The translations under genes were made by a program, and so were the position numbers. Positions 37,424-47,036 of a stretch of 64,000 bases of DNA are shown here, piece by piece. Within the stretch, counting starts at the first letter, position 1, and the number at the start of each line of letters is the position of its first letter. This DNA comes from Actinomycetota bacterium (lineage in GTDB: Bacteria > Actinomycetota > UBA4738 > HRBIN12). Where the stretch lies: contig DATAPH010000060.1 in assembly GCA_036265325.1 (NCBI GenBank), positions 13,993-77,992 of the forward strand, written 5' to 3'. The notes under the pieces are model-generated. The model saw nothing but the letters and a program-made list of their open reading frames with translations, was not told the origin of the DNA and made no database searches.

Positions 37424-37923
37424 GACCCGTCGCGGTCCTGGACGCTTCGTGACAACGATCTGAGCAACGACGCCAAACGGTCTTGATCGCGCTCGCCGAG
37501 CGTGCCGGCGATCGCCGTTTCCTCGGCGTTGAATCTCGGGAACAGGTGCTCGATCGTCGTGCGACCGGCCGGGGTGAGCGACACGAGGACACTCCGACCG
37601 TCGTCCGGGTCGGCGCGACGGGCGATCCACCCGCGGGCGTCGAGGGTCCGCAGCACCCCGGTCGCCGTCGGACGGCTGATCCCGACGGCCTCGGCGAACG
37701 CGTTCGCGCCGAGCTCTCCCCAGACCCACAGGACCCAGAGCGCGACGAACCCGGTCCACGACACTCGTTCGGTCGCGAGCACCTTCCCCTCCATATGCCG
37801 GCGAACCGCGGCCGCGCTCCGGAACAGATTCGAGATCGCCCACATCGCGCGGAAGTCCAGCTGCCGGTCGCCGAGCGTCTCCAGAACCTTGCGTTCTGCG
37901 GGCAGCAGGTCGTCCGCGCTCAT
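37420..37923 (-). CDS. MarR family transcriptional regulator
   Basis: Winged-HTH pattern (ISRPTATGVLRTLDARGWIARRADPDDGRS); 167 aa; ATGA-type overlap with the upstream decarboxylase; stop overlaps the convergent P450 stop. Confidence 0.85.
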   Translation of the reverse strand: MSADDLLPAERKVLETLGDRQLDFRAMWAISNLFRSAAAVRRHMEGKVLATERVSWTGFVALWVLWVWGELGANAFAEAVGISRPTATGVLRTLDARGWIARRADPDDGRSVLVSLTPAGRTTIEHLFPRFNAEETAIAGTLGERDQDRLASLLRSLSRSVQDRDGS

Positions 37924-39335
37924 GCCGCGCCCGACATCAGCCGGCCGCCGAGCTCACGGGCAACGTCCAAGATCGCCTCGACGTCTTCATCGGTGGTTCG
38001 GAAGTTCACGAAGCACGGACGGAGCCACACCTCGCCGTCGATCAGCGCCGACGCGAGGTAGATCCGGCCGTCGGACTGGATCGCGTCGGCGAGCCGCTGG
38101 TTGTGCGCATCGACCGCGACGCCCGTTGGCGCATGCCGGAAGGGCACGATCGAGAGCTGCGGAGGAGCTTCGAATACCTCGAAGTCCTCGCTCGACTGCG
38201 CCCGGCGGTAGAGCAGGTCGGCCTCTTCCAGGTTGCGGGCGATCGCGTCGCGGAACTGCTGAGCCCCGTGGGCACGGAAGGCCAGCCACGCCTTGAGCGC
38301 GCGGAACGGCCGCGAGTACTCGAGGGTGATATCGGCAGCGTGCAGTTCGTGCTGCTGGTGGGGGAGATACCCCTGCTCGTGCGAGAACGACTCCTCGAAG
38401 GCATCCCCGTGTCGGCTCATGACGACGCCGCACGCCTTGGGCAGGTAGAGCCATTTATGCGCGTCGACCGAACACGAGTCGGCGCGAGCCAGCCCGGCGA
38501 ACACCTCGGGACGGATCGCCGCGGCCGGAAGTCCGTAGGCGCCGTCGACGTGGAGCCAAACCTCGGCTGCTTCGCAGGCATCCGCGACCGCGTCCAGATC
38601 GTCGACCGCGCCGGTCAAGGTCGTGCCGGCCGACGCCACGACGGCCACGGGCGTCGCGCCGTCGGCTCGGTCGGCTGCGATCGCGTCCGCCAGCAGGTCT
38701 GGGCGCATCCGTCGGAGCGGATCCAGCGGGATCGCACGCAACCGGTCCGACCCGATGCCCAGCAGCTCCACTGCACGGGTCACCGAGTAGTGAACCTCCT
38801 CCGAGCAGTACACGACGGGGCGCTGGCCGCCGAGTCCGGCGTGCCGCGACCCCGGCAACGCGCGTTCGCGCGCGGCCGCCAGCGCCGTCAGGTTGCTGAT
38901 GGTTCCACCGCTGGTGAAGGCGCCCGTCGCCACGGGATACCCGACGAACGATCCGATCCAGCGCACCGCCTGCTGTTCCACAACGGTCGCCGCCCGCGCG
39001 TCGACCGCGAGGTTGATGTCGTACGTGTGCGCGAGCAGGTCGCCGATCGCGCCGATCGGCAGCCCGCTCGACCCGATGAAGGCAAAGTACCGCGGCCGTG
39101 GCTGTGCGATCGATTCGTCCAGGATCCGTGCCGCATCGTCGAGCGCCTCATGGACAGGCACGGGCTCTTCCGGCAATCCCGCCCTGATCAACGCGCGGAC
39201 GCGATCGTCCAGCGGCGGCTCCTCCGGGCGGAACCGGTCGAACGACCCCCATGCTTCTTCGACGAGCCGCGCCGCGTGCGCCAGCGCCTCCTCGCGAGGG
39301 GCGTCGAGGCGCAGCGGCCGCTCGTCGTCGGTCAT
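37920..39335 (-). CDS. PLP-dependent decarboxylase (group II pyridoxal-dependent decarboxylase family)
   Basis: SVDAHKWLYLPKACG (PLP-Lys) and HVDGAYG. Start at MTDDERP; the track fuses this ORF with the upstream permease frame. Confidence 0.85.
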   Translation of the reverse strand: MTDDERPLRLDAPREEALAHAARLVEEAWGSFDRFRPEEPPLDDRVRALIRAGLPEEPVPVHEALDDAARILDESIAQPRPRYFAFIGSSGLPIGAIGDLLAHTYDINLAVDARAATVVEQQAVRWIGSFVGYPVATGAFTSGGTISNLTALAAARERALPGSRHAGLGGQRPVVYCSEEVHYSVTRAVELLGIGSDRLRAIPLDPLRRMRPDLLADAIAADRADGATPVAVVASAGTTLTGAVDDLDAVADACEAAEVWLHVDGAYGLPAAAIRPEVFAGLARADSCSVDAHKWLYLPKACGVVMSRHGDAFEESFSHEQGYLPHQQHELHAADITLEYSRPFRALKAWLAFRAHGAQQFRDAIARNLEEADLLYRRAQSSEDFEVFEAPPQLSIVPFRHAPTGVAVDAHNQRLADAIQSDGRIYLASALIDGEVWLRPCFVNFRTTDEDVEAILDVARELGGRLMSGAA

Positions 39336-40873
39336 CCGATCCCTTCCGCGCGCACGCCGGCCGGATTGATCCCGTCCGCCTCGTCGGAGCGGAGCTCGTC
39401 GAGGACGCTGCTCGCCGGCGCCCGTCCCTTCATCACGAACGCGACGATCAGGCCGAGGACCGCCCACACCGCGACGTACTCCCAGACCAGGTTGAACGGC
39501 GACGGCTGCTTGTAGATTCCGCCGAAGACGGCGGCGACCGAGATCGCGACGCCGATCAGCGCCGCGATCACGACGCCGACGTAGTTCGCGCCCTCGCGCA
39601 AGCCCCAGAACGAGCCCAGCGCGAGGAGCCCGTAGACGACCATCAGCGCGAACCCACCGAACGTCGACAGCCACAGGAACATGTCGAAGAAGTGCGGGCT
39701 CGGGCTCGCGCTCGCGAACACCGAGTCTGCGAACTGCGCGATGCCGACCATGATCAGCGACACCGCCTCGACGAAAATGATCGCCGCGACCGGCGTGCCA
39801 CGGCGATGAGCGACCGCCGCCAGGCCGCCCGGGATCCGCCGGTCGCGCGCCAACGCGAACACGCCGCGTGCGGACGCGACCGCCGCACCCAGTCCAACCG
39901 CGAGGATGTCGAGGAGCACCACGACCTCGAGCACCTTCAGGATGAAGTCCGAGCCGTACCCTCCTGCCGCCGTCGGTGATCCGAGTGCGAACAACGGCGC
40001 GGCGGCGACGGCGGGATCGGTGATGACGGAGAGGTCTTGCCCGAACCCGACGATCTGCGCGTAGGCCGCGATCAGGTAGAACACCGTCGCGATCAACACC
40101 GTGTACAGCACCGCGCGAGGGATCGACCGCTTCGGCTCGGCCGTTTCTTCCCCCAGGTTCGCCGCCGTCTCGAACCCGACGAAGATCAACACGCCGTACA
40201 GGACGCCGAACATGATGCCGCTCCATCCGTCCGCGGCCGAGCTCGGCTTGAACGGCTCGAGGTTCGTGTTCGGCGCATCCACGATCACCTTGACGAAGAA
40301 CGCGAGCACCACGACGGCCGACGCGAGCGCCAGTGTCAGCTGCGCCCGGGTCGAGATGTGAACGCCGAGGTACTGCACCAGGAACACCGCCGCGACGAAG
40401 ATGAGGCTCCAGCCCCACATCGGCAAGGGCGACGTGGACGAAAGCACGCCCGGAACCGCCGGGTCGACGGTGAAGATCACGTCGTGGACGTACCAGCCGA
40501 CCAGGCACGCGATCGCCGACGCCAGGACCGTGGTGCCGCCGTAGTAGATCCAACCGGCGAACGCGCCCGCTCGGCCGCCCAGACCGTTCGACACGTAGTC
40601 GTAGAGCGAGCCAGCCGCGTGTACCCGCTTCGCATACTGCGCGACGATCCAGCCGAGCGCGAACGTCCCGATCGCCGCGAGCAGCACGGCGAGCGGCGTC
40701 GCAACACCCGCGCCCTTGCCCGACGCGCTCACTCCCGCGATCAGCGGGATCAGGAACGCCGCCGAGAACACGGGTCCCATGAACCCGACCGATTGCGAGA
40801 TGCAGTCCACCAGCCGAAGCCGCTTCGCGCCGAGGCGCTCGTAGCCCAGCTTCTCCTCCGGCATGTCCGCCAT
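39332..40873 (-). CDS. APC superfamily amino acid / polyamine permease
   Basis: Twelve predicted TM helices with APC-type consensus (GSGIF-like region GKGAGVATP, FVGFE). ATG of MADMPEEKL is preceded by GGGAGAGGGGGA. Overlaps the decarboxylase start by 4 nt. Confidence 0.85.
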   Translation of the reverse strand: MADMPEEKLGYERLGAKRLRLVDCISQSVGFMGPVFSAAFLIPLIAGVSASGKGAGVATPLAVLLAAIGTFALGWIVAQYAKRVHAAGSLYDYVSNGLGGRAGAFAGWIYYGGTTVLASAIACLVGWYVHDVIFTVDPAVPGVLSSTSPLPMWGWSLIFVAAVFLVQYLGVHISTRAQLTLALASAVVVLAFFVKVIVDAPNTNLEPFKPSSAADGWSGIMFGVLYGVLIFVGFETAANLGEETAEPKRSIPRAVLYTVLIATVFYLIAAYAQIVGFGQDLSVITDPAVAAAPLFALGSPTAAGGYGSDFILKVLEVVVLLDILAVGLGAAVASARGVFALARDRRIPGGLAAVAHRRGTPVAAIIFVEAVSLIMVGIAQFADSVFASASPSPHFFDMFLWLSTFGGFALMVVYGLLALGSFWGLREGANYVGVVIAALIGVAISVAAVFGGIYKQPSPFNLVWEYVAVWAVLGLIVAFVMKGRAPASSVLDELRSDEADGINPAGVRAEGIG

Positions 40874-40893
40874 GGAGTCCCCCTCTCCCGCCG

Positions 40894-41787
40894 CTAGGCG
40901 GCCGCGTCCGTCCACCCTTCCGCGGGACGCTCGAACCACACGTGCACCTGCCCGGTGCCGACCGATGCCTCGTATTCGCTGAATAGCTCGCCCGGCGCAC
41001 GACACTCGGCGCCGCCCATCGCCGCGGCCATCATCAGGTAGTGACCGAAATGGCCCTCGGGGTAGGCCTTCCGGTAGGTCGGCATGTTGTCGATCACGCC
41101 GGCGTGGTCGCCCTTCTGCATCAGCTCGAGCACGCGCATGTCGGCGTCGTAGTACGCGCGATCGTAGATGTTGTCCGGCGCCCGCTGGGCCTCACGCTGC
41201 CGGAGCTCCTTGAACCCGAAGAACCGGTGCGTCATGCCGCCCGAGGCGAGCAACACAACACGGCGGTCGCTCTCGGCGATCGCCTGCCCGATCAGCGACC
41301 CGAGCAGCAGGAAGTCGTCGGTGTCGCAGCATTGGTTGAGCGCGACACTCAGCCAGCTCGTGTCGGGGTCGCCGAGGAACGACCAGATGTTGACTGTGCC
41401 GTAGAAGATCGGCAGGTACGGGTCGTCGGACGCGAGGATCCAACAGTCGTCACGGCCCTCGGCCTGCGCGGCGATCCGCTTCGCGAGGTCAGGGTCGCCC
41501 GGCATGTCGTACGGGATCTGGCGCATGCCCCGTGGGAGCTCGCTGCTCGTGAACAGGCCCTGTCGCCGGTCCTGTGCGGTCACGATGTGCTCGAACGTCG
41601 ACTCCCAGTGTGTGTCGAAGACGATCACCGTGTCCGGCTTCAGCCGATCGATGCACTCGCTCTTCATCCGTTGCAGGCCTGGGACCAGGGAGATCTCCTT
41701 GCCGTCGTTGAGCTCGAGCCGGACGTCCTCCGGCAGCATGATCGTCGGAACGTGCGCGACCAGCGCCGCGCCCACCACCTCACCCAT
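40894..41787 (-). CDS. class III extradiol ring-cleavage dioxygenase (LigB / AmnB family catalytic subunit)
   Basis: N-terminal VVGAALVAHVPTIM, and H..W..H.. metal ligands (DTHWES, GGMTHRF) typical of the LigB superfamily. Confidence 0.8.
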   Translation of the reverse strand: MGEVVGAALVAHVPTIMLPEDVRLELNDGKEISLVPGLQRMKSECIDRLKPDTVIVFDTHWESTFEHIVTAQDRRQGLFTSSELPRGMRQIPYDMPGDPDLAKRIAAQAEGRDDCWILASDDPYLPIFYGTVNIWSFLGDPDTSWLSVALNQCCDTDDFLLLGSLIGQAIAESDRRVVLLASGGMTHRFFGFKELRQREAQRAPDNIYDRAYYDADMRVLELMQKGDHAGVIDNMPTYRKAYPEGHFGHYLMMAAAMGGAECRAPGELFSEYEASVGTGQVHVWFERPAEGWTDAAA

Positions 41788-41796
41788 CAGTCCTCC

Positions 41797-43317
41797 TCAC
41801 CCGCCGGACGGCGGCGCTGTCACGACGTTCTTCACGTCTGCGTAGAAGTCGAAGCTCCAGCGACCCCCCTCGCGGCCGATCCCTGAGTTTCGCGACCCGC
41901 CGAACGGCGCGTCGAGATCGCGCACGAAGAAGCAGTTGACCCACACAGTGCCGGCGACGAGCTGCTCGCCGACCCGTCGCGCGCGCGCCTCGTCGCCCGT
42001 GTAGACGGTCGCGGCCAGGCCGTAATCGGTGCTGTTGGCGAGCTCGATCGCCTCCGCCTCGTCACGGAACGGCTGCGCCGTCAGCACGGGTCCGAAGATC
42101 TCCCGCGTCAACAGCGGCGAGCCATCCGGCACATCGACGAAGACGGTCGGCCGGTAATAGAGCCCGCCGAGATCCTCGTTCGGACCGCCTCCGACGAGCG
42201 CCCTCGACCCTTCGTCGTGTCCGGCCCGGACGAACCCGTCGACGCGCTCGAAGTGTTCGCGGCTGATGAGCGGCCCGATGTCGGTCGGCTCGTTGCGAGG
42301 GTCGCCGACGACAACGCGGGCCGCTACCTCAGCGAGACGTTCGAGGAAGTCGTCGTAGATCGAGGACTCGATCAAGAGACGGGTACCGGCAAGGCAGACC
42401 TGGCCCGCGTTGTCGAACTGGCCGACCGCCTGGTTCAGCGCCGCGCCCCGGTCCGCGTCGGCGAAGATCAAGAATGGCGACTTGCCGCCGAGCTCGAGGG
42501 ACGTCGGGGTGAGGTTCTGGGCCGCCGCCGCAGCGACGAACCTCCCCGTTTCGACCGATCCGGTGAACGCGATCCGGCTCACGCCAGGGTGGGCGACCAG
42601 AGCCGCGCCCGCCTCCTCACCGATCCCTTGGACGACGTTGTAGGCGCCGGCGGGGAGTCCGGCGTCGAGCGCGATATCGCCGAGCAGCGACGCGGTGAGC
42701 GGCGCCCACTCCGGCGGCTTGTGTACGACGGCGTTCCCGGCGGCGAGCGCCGGCGCGATCCGCCACGTTGCAAGCATCAGCGGCGCGTTCCACGGTCCGA
42801 TCACCGCGGTGACGCCCGACGGATCCCACGTGAATCGCTCGCGGTTGCCGTTGAAGGTCGCGTCCCCTTCCGCCTCGATCTCGAGCAACTTGTCGGCGAA
42901 GAACCGGAAGTTGCGTGCGACCCGAGGCATCACCGACCGGCGGTGCGACCGGAGGAGCGATCCGTTGTCGCGCGTTTCAACGACCGAGATCTCTTCGACC
43001 CTGGCCTCGACGCCGTCGGCGATCCGGTGCAGAACGGCAGCGCGGTCCTTCGGCGGCGTGCGTCCCCATCCGCGGGCGGCGTGATCCGCCGAGGCGACCG
43101 CGAGATCGACGGTGTCTGCATCGCCGCGTGCAACCTCGGCGATGACCTGTTCGTCGATCGGCGAGACGTCCGAGAACCGTTGCTGCGAACCGAGGCGTTC
43201 GCCGCCAACCAGATGGTCGGTCGAGACCTCGACCCCTTCGACCACGGCGCGCTCGTCCGTTGGCTCCTCCAGATGGTTCGTATCCGAACGGTATGGCTGG
43301 AGGCTTTGCGCTGTCAA
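41797..43317 (-). CDS. NAD(P)-dependent aldehyde dehydrogenase (semialdehyde dehydrogenase-like)
   Basis: ELGGKSP, catalytic FDNAGQVCLAGTRL (Cys) and GSVETG motifs; 506 aa. Confidence 0.9.
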   Translation of the reverse strand: MTAQSLQPYRSDTNHLEEPTDERAVVEGVEVSTDHLVGGERLGSQQRFSDVSPIDEQVIAEVARGDADTVDLAVASADHAARGWGRTPPKDRAAVLHRIADGVEARVEEISVVETRDNGSLLRSHRRSVMPRVARNFRFFADKLLEIEAEGDATFNGNRERFTWDPSGVTAVIGPWNAPLMLATWRIAPALAAGNAVVHKPPEWAPLTASLLGDIALDAGLPAGAYNVVQGIGEEAGAALVAHPGVSRIAFTGSVETGRFVAAAAAQNLTPTSLELGGKSPFLIFADADRGAALNQAVGQFDNAGQVCLAGTRLLIESSIYDDFLERLAEVAARVVVGDPRNEPTDIGPLISREHFERVDGFVRAGHDEGSRALVGGGPNEDLGGLYYRPTVFVDVPDGSPLLTREIFGPVLTAQPFRDEAEAIELANSTDYGLAATVYTGDEARARRVGEQLVAGTVWVNCFFVRDLDAPFGGSRNSGIGREGGRWSFDFYADVKNVVTAPPSGG

Positions 43318-43338
43318 TCCGAGCGCGTGGAGGCTCGG

Positions 43339-43575
43339 CTAACGCTTGCGCAGCGCCCTGATCAGGGGTCGCCCGAGCCTGTAGACGGTGTAGGCGAGGA
43401 GAAGCAGCCCGAGGATCGCCTCGATCTGTTCCTCATCGAAACGCGTTCGCTTGGCGATCGGCTTCGCGATCGCTCGTCCAACCGACCCGCGCCAACCGGT
43501 GAGCGCTGCCTCGCCGACCTGTACGACCGCGCCGTGCTGCTGTCCGTTATCTGCCATATCGCAGCGGTTCCCCAC
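43339..43575 (-). CDS. small hypothetical protein with C-terminal hydrophobic helix
   Basis: 78-aa ORF lying 22 nt upstream of the ALDH gene on the same strand. AILGLLLLAYTVY is a possible membrane anchor. Coding evidence is weak. Confidence 0.35.
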   Translation of the reverse strand: MGNRCDMADNGQQHGAVVQVGEAALTGWRGSVGRAIAKPIAKRTRFDEEQIEAILGLLLLAYTVYRLGRPLIRALRKR

Positions 43576-43612
43576 CGGCGTCGCTCCGAAACCAGAGCTG
43601 TTGTCGGTCAGC

Positions 43613-45556
43613 TCATCGGCGGCCCGCCATCTGCCGCGCGAACGCGAGCGGTGACGAGGCGGTCAGGTCGATCGCCGGCTCCGTGTTGTCGTAGGACTGC
43701 ATGTTGTCCTGGAACTGTGCACCGCTGCCGTTGAACGGTGCGTACGTGTCCGCGCCGTTGGCGGGACACGCGACCATCCCCGAGACGGCGCCGTGCGTCG
43801 GGGATGAATTCGGGCCCTCGACCGCCGCCCCGGCGAGCACCGGGGAGCCACCGGTCAACGAGCCGGCGAGATTCGCCACCTGATGCTGCAGACACTTGGG
43901 GTACGTCGAACCGTCGCCGACGATGAACGACAAGCCCCACGCGTTCGCGCCGAGGATGTTCGCGAGCCAGCGGTCCGCGTACACCGCGTAGGTGTTCGTT
44001 CCCGATAGCTGGTCGTACTCGCTGGCCTGAATCGACAGGCCGGCTCCGTGCGTTGTCGTGTCCCACGCGGCCCACGTGAACCCGAATCCGAACGGGTCCG
44101 TGCCGGCCTGTGCGACGGCCCCGTCCAACGCCTTCTTCATGTCTGCGAGCAGGGCCGCCTGCGTGGTCTCGAGCCCGGACGGGTTCCCTGCCGTCGCGAT
44201 CGCGCGGTACAGCTCATAGTGCGCGAGGCCCGACACGTCGTATAGGTTGAGCGTGTCGGCCGCGTCTTCGGGTCCCGTGATGTAGGCGTTCGCCCAGTGC
44301 GCCGCCTTCTGCAGGTAGAACATCGGATCGGTGTGCGGTAGTCCGGCCGGGAGCCCACCCGAGGCGATCGCTGAATACAGCTCGGTCGCGCCGAGCTCCA
44401 TGTCGTCACGCCATTCGGTCTCCGGGTAGAAGCTGAACGGGATCACCGTCATCAGGTTGCCGGTCGGGGCTGTGTTCGCGAGGTCGAAGATGTGCTCGGC
44501 CGAGAGCAGGCATCGGTTCGCGAACGCCGGGTCCGACGTCTTGAACACGACGAAGCACTCCGCGAATGCGGCCGCGTCCCGGCCCGCGAGGTTGGGGCTG
44601 ATCAGCGACCCTGGCGGCCCCGCCCGGAACACCGGCCGGTTGCGGATGTACCGGTACACCGAGTTGGTCCCCTGGTACGTGTCGTCGGCCTGCGGAAGCC
44701 GCCAGATGTCGTGGTCGCCGAGCGTCTTCGCGTTCCCGGTGCCGATGCCGACCTGGTAGTAGAGCGTCTGCGTCGTGTCGTTCCACATCCGCATCAACCA
44801 GTCGGTGCCGAACTTCGCCTCCGCGGTGTAGTTCGACGAGCCCGACGCCATCTGCGCCGGGAAGTCCCGCACGCCCGCGAGCAGCAGCGCATCGGTGTAG
44901 CTCGTGGTCTGGACGAACTTGAGGTAGTCGCCCGCATCCCACCAGCCACCCGAGGCATCCATCCGCGTCCCGAGCGGCGACAGATCGCCCGAGAACCGTC
45001 CCGAGCCGGCGTTGTATGCCGGCGTGGTGTACGTCATCGCCGTCTGATCGTTGAGGTGCGCCGGCGCTGTGCGGAGCGCCGACGGGATGTAGTTCGCACC
45101 ATCACGCTGAACCTGGAAGAAGTTGAGCCCGTTGGCCTCGGCGCCGCTGTAGATGTTGGTGCCGGTATCGATCTTGAACGACGGTGACGTGGCCGCGATC
45201 GGTCCGGCGACGGCGATCGTGTAGGTGCCGGCGGTCGTCACCGACGGGAAGTCGAGGGCGTATACATGGCTCAGCGACGAGCTCCACGAGCCGAGGTCCG
45301 CGCCGATCGGCCCGGAGAACACCGTCGTCGAGCCGCTCTTCACCGCGAACGTCGCGCCGGTCTCGACGCCGGAGGACAGCAGGTAGGCCCGCTTCGACGC
45401 CGCGTCGACGGGATAGCCGAGCTGGTTGACCCGAACGTATGCGCTCGACCCGTTGGTCGGCGCAGACGGTTTTCCGGCGATGGCCGGCGCCTGCGCACCG
45501 ATCAGGATCGCCGCCAGGGACACCACCGACGCGGTCGCAAGTCGCCCGAGCTTCAT
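43613..45556 (-). CDS. secreted glycoside hydrolase, family 9-like endoglucanase with N-terminal Ig-like (CelD_N-type) domain
   Basis: Signal peptide MKLGRLATASVVSLAAILIGAQAPAIAG follows RBS GGGAGGA. GGWWDAGDYLKF resembles the GH9 catalytic-region signature. Confidence 0.65.
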   Translation of the reverse strand: MKLGRLATASVVSLAAILIGAQAPAIAGKPSAPTNGSSAYVRVNQLGYPVDAASKRAYLLSSGVETGATFAVKSGSTTVFSGPIGADLGSWSSSLSHVYALDFPSVTTAGTYTIAVAGPIAATSPSFKIDTGTNIYSGAEANGLNFFQVQRDGANYIPSALRTAPAHLNDQTAMTYTTPAYNAGSGRFSGDLSPLGTRMDASGGWWDAGDYLKFVQTTSYTDALLLAGVRDFPAQMASGSSNYTAEAKFGTDWLMRMWNDTTQTLYYQVGIGTGNAKTLGDHDIWRLPQADDTYQGTNSVYRYIRNRPVFRAGPPGSLISPNLAGRDAAAFAECFVVFKTSDPAFANRCLLSAEHIFDLANTAPTGNLMTVIPFSFYPETEWRDDMELGATELYSAIASGGLPAGLPHTDPMFYLQKAAHWANAYITGPEDAADTLNLYDVSGLAHYELYRAIATAGNPSGLETTQAALLADMKKALDGAVAQAGTDPFGFGFTWAAWDTTTHGAGLSIQASEYDQLSGTNTYAVYADRWLANILGANAWGLSFIVGDGSTYPKCLQHQVANLAGSLTGGSPVLAGAAVEGPNSSPTHGAVSGMVACPANGADTYAPFNGSGAQFQDNMQSYDNTEPAIDLTASSPLAFARQMAGRR

Positions 45557-45628
45557 GCCTGTCCTCCCTCTTAGAACGGCGTGATCGCTCGACGCTAGCA
45601 CCGGTCCGCGACTCGAGCCACCCGGGCT

Positions 45629-47023
45629 TTAGGCGGAGGGCATCTTTCCGAGCGCGTCGTAGGCCGCGTACTTGAACGTCTCGCTCAGCGTTGGGTGGTT
45701 GAACACCATCTGGATGAACGTCTCGACGGTGCCCTCAAGCGTGATCACGGCCTGACCAACGTGGACCAGCTCCGACGCGCGCTCGCCGATCACGTGGCAC
45801 CCGATCAGCCGGCGGTTGGAGCGGTCGAACACGAGCTTCACCATGCCGTCACGATCGCCGACGATCTGTCCGCGAACGTTGTCGGCGAACCGCGCGCGGC
45901 CGACGACCGTGTCGGTGCCTCGCTTGATGGCTTCGTCCTCGCTCAGGCCGACGCAGCTCACCTCGGGGATCGTGTAGACACCGTACGGGTAGAGCTCCGC
46001 GACCTGCCGCTTGTACGTGAAGCCGAACACGTGGCACACAGCCACGCGCGCCTGTTCCATCGAGACGCTCGCGAGCGCGGGGAACCCCACGACGTCGCCG
46101 GCCGCGTAGATGTTCGGCACCGCGGTTCGAAAGTCCTCGTCTACGACGACGTAGCCGCGGCGATCCACTTCAACACCGATCTCCTCGAGCCCGAGCCCCG
46201 CGGTGTTCCCGCTCCGCCCCGACGCGACGAGGACGCCATCGGCCTCGATCTCGGCGCCGGAGGTCAGCGTCGTCACGAGCACACCGTTGTCTCGGGCGAC
46301 ATGGTCGAGTTTCCGCTCGAGGTGCAGATGCACGCCGAGCGCGGTCATCGCGTCGGCGAGCCGTTCGCCCATCTCCGCGTCGAGGAACGGCAGTAACGCC
46401 GGCCGCGGATCGATCAGATGCACCTCGACGCCGAGCGCGGCGAACATGCACGCGTACTCGCAGCCGATGACGCCGCCGCCGATCACCACAAGCTTCGTCG
46501 GGAGGTGGTCGATCTGCAAGATCCCGTCGGCGTCGTGCACGCCCTCGTCTTCGTACGGGATGCCGGCTGGCCGATGCGGCGACGATCCCGTGACGAGGAG
46601 CACGTACTCGGCTCCGAGGCGGCGCTCGGGTTGGTCAACTTGGTTGACGAGTACCTCGTGAGGGCTTGCGAGGCGTCCGATCCCTCGGATCAACTCGATC
46701 TTGTGGCGCTCGAGGTTCGCGTGGATCCGTTGCGTCTCGAGGCGTTCCACGACGTTCTTGCGCCCGAGCAGTCGGGCGACGGTGAGGTCAGGGTCGACAT
46801 GCACGTTGACGCCGTACATATCGCGCTGGTGATAGCCCGAGAGGAACAGTCCTGCTTCTCGAAGCGTCTTGGACGGAAGTGTGCCGGTATGAACCGCGGC
46901 GCCACCAGGCTCGGGCTGGCGTTCGATCAGGGCGACCCGCTTACCGAAGTACGCGGCCTGGGCGGCGCCGCGCTCGCCGGCCGGGCCGCCGCCGATCACC
47001 ACGAGATCGAACCGCTCGGTCAC
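45629..47023 (-). CDS. soluble pyridine nucleotide transhydrogenase-like flavoprotein (SthA / class I pyridine nucleotide-disulfide oxidoreductase family)
   Basis: FAD motif VVIGGGPAG, NAD motif VVIGGGVIGCE and C-terminal dimerisation domain. Lacks the CxxxxC redox disulfide, as SthA-type enzymes do. GTG start. Confidence 0.75.
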   Translation of the reverse strand: MTERFDLVVIGGGPAGERGAAQAAYFGKRVALIERQPEPGGAAVHTGTLPSKTLREAGLFLSGYHQRDMYGVNVHVDPDLTVARLLGRKNVVERLETQRIHANLERHKIELIRGIGRLASPHEVLVNQVDQPERRLGAEYVLLVTGSSPHRPAGIPYEDEGVHDADGILQIDHLPTKLVVIGGGVIGCEYACMFAALGVEVHLIDPRPALLPFLDAEMGERLADAMTALGVHLHLERKLDHVARDNGVLVTTLTSGAEIEADGVLVASGRSGNTAGLGLEEIGVEVDRRGYVVVDEDFRTAVPNIYAAGDVVGFPALASVSMEQARVAVCHVFGFTYKRQVAELYPYGVYTIPEVSCVGLSEDEAIKRGTDTVVGRARFADNVRGQIVGDRDGMVKLVFDRSNRRLIGCHVIGERASELVHVGQAVITLEGTVETFIQMVFNHPTLSETFKYAAYDALGKMPSA

Positions 47024-47036
47024 CCCCCGAGCCTAG

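Noticed and set aside
43339-43575. Treating the 78-aa ORF upstream of ALDH as a confident gene
   Set aside because: It has no RBS or family support. I kept it only as a low-confidence feature because of its tight spacing and same-strand context.
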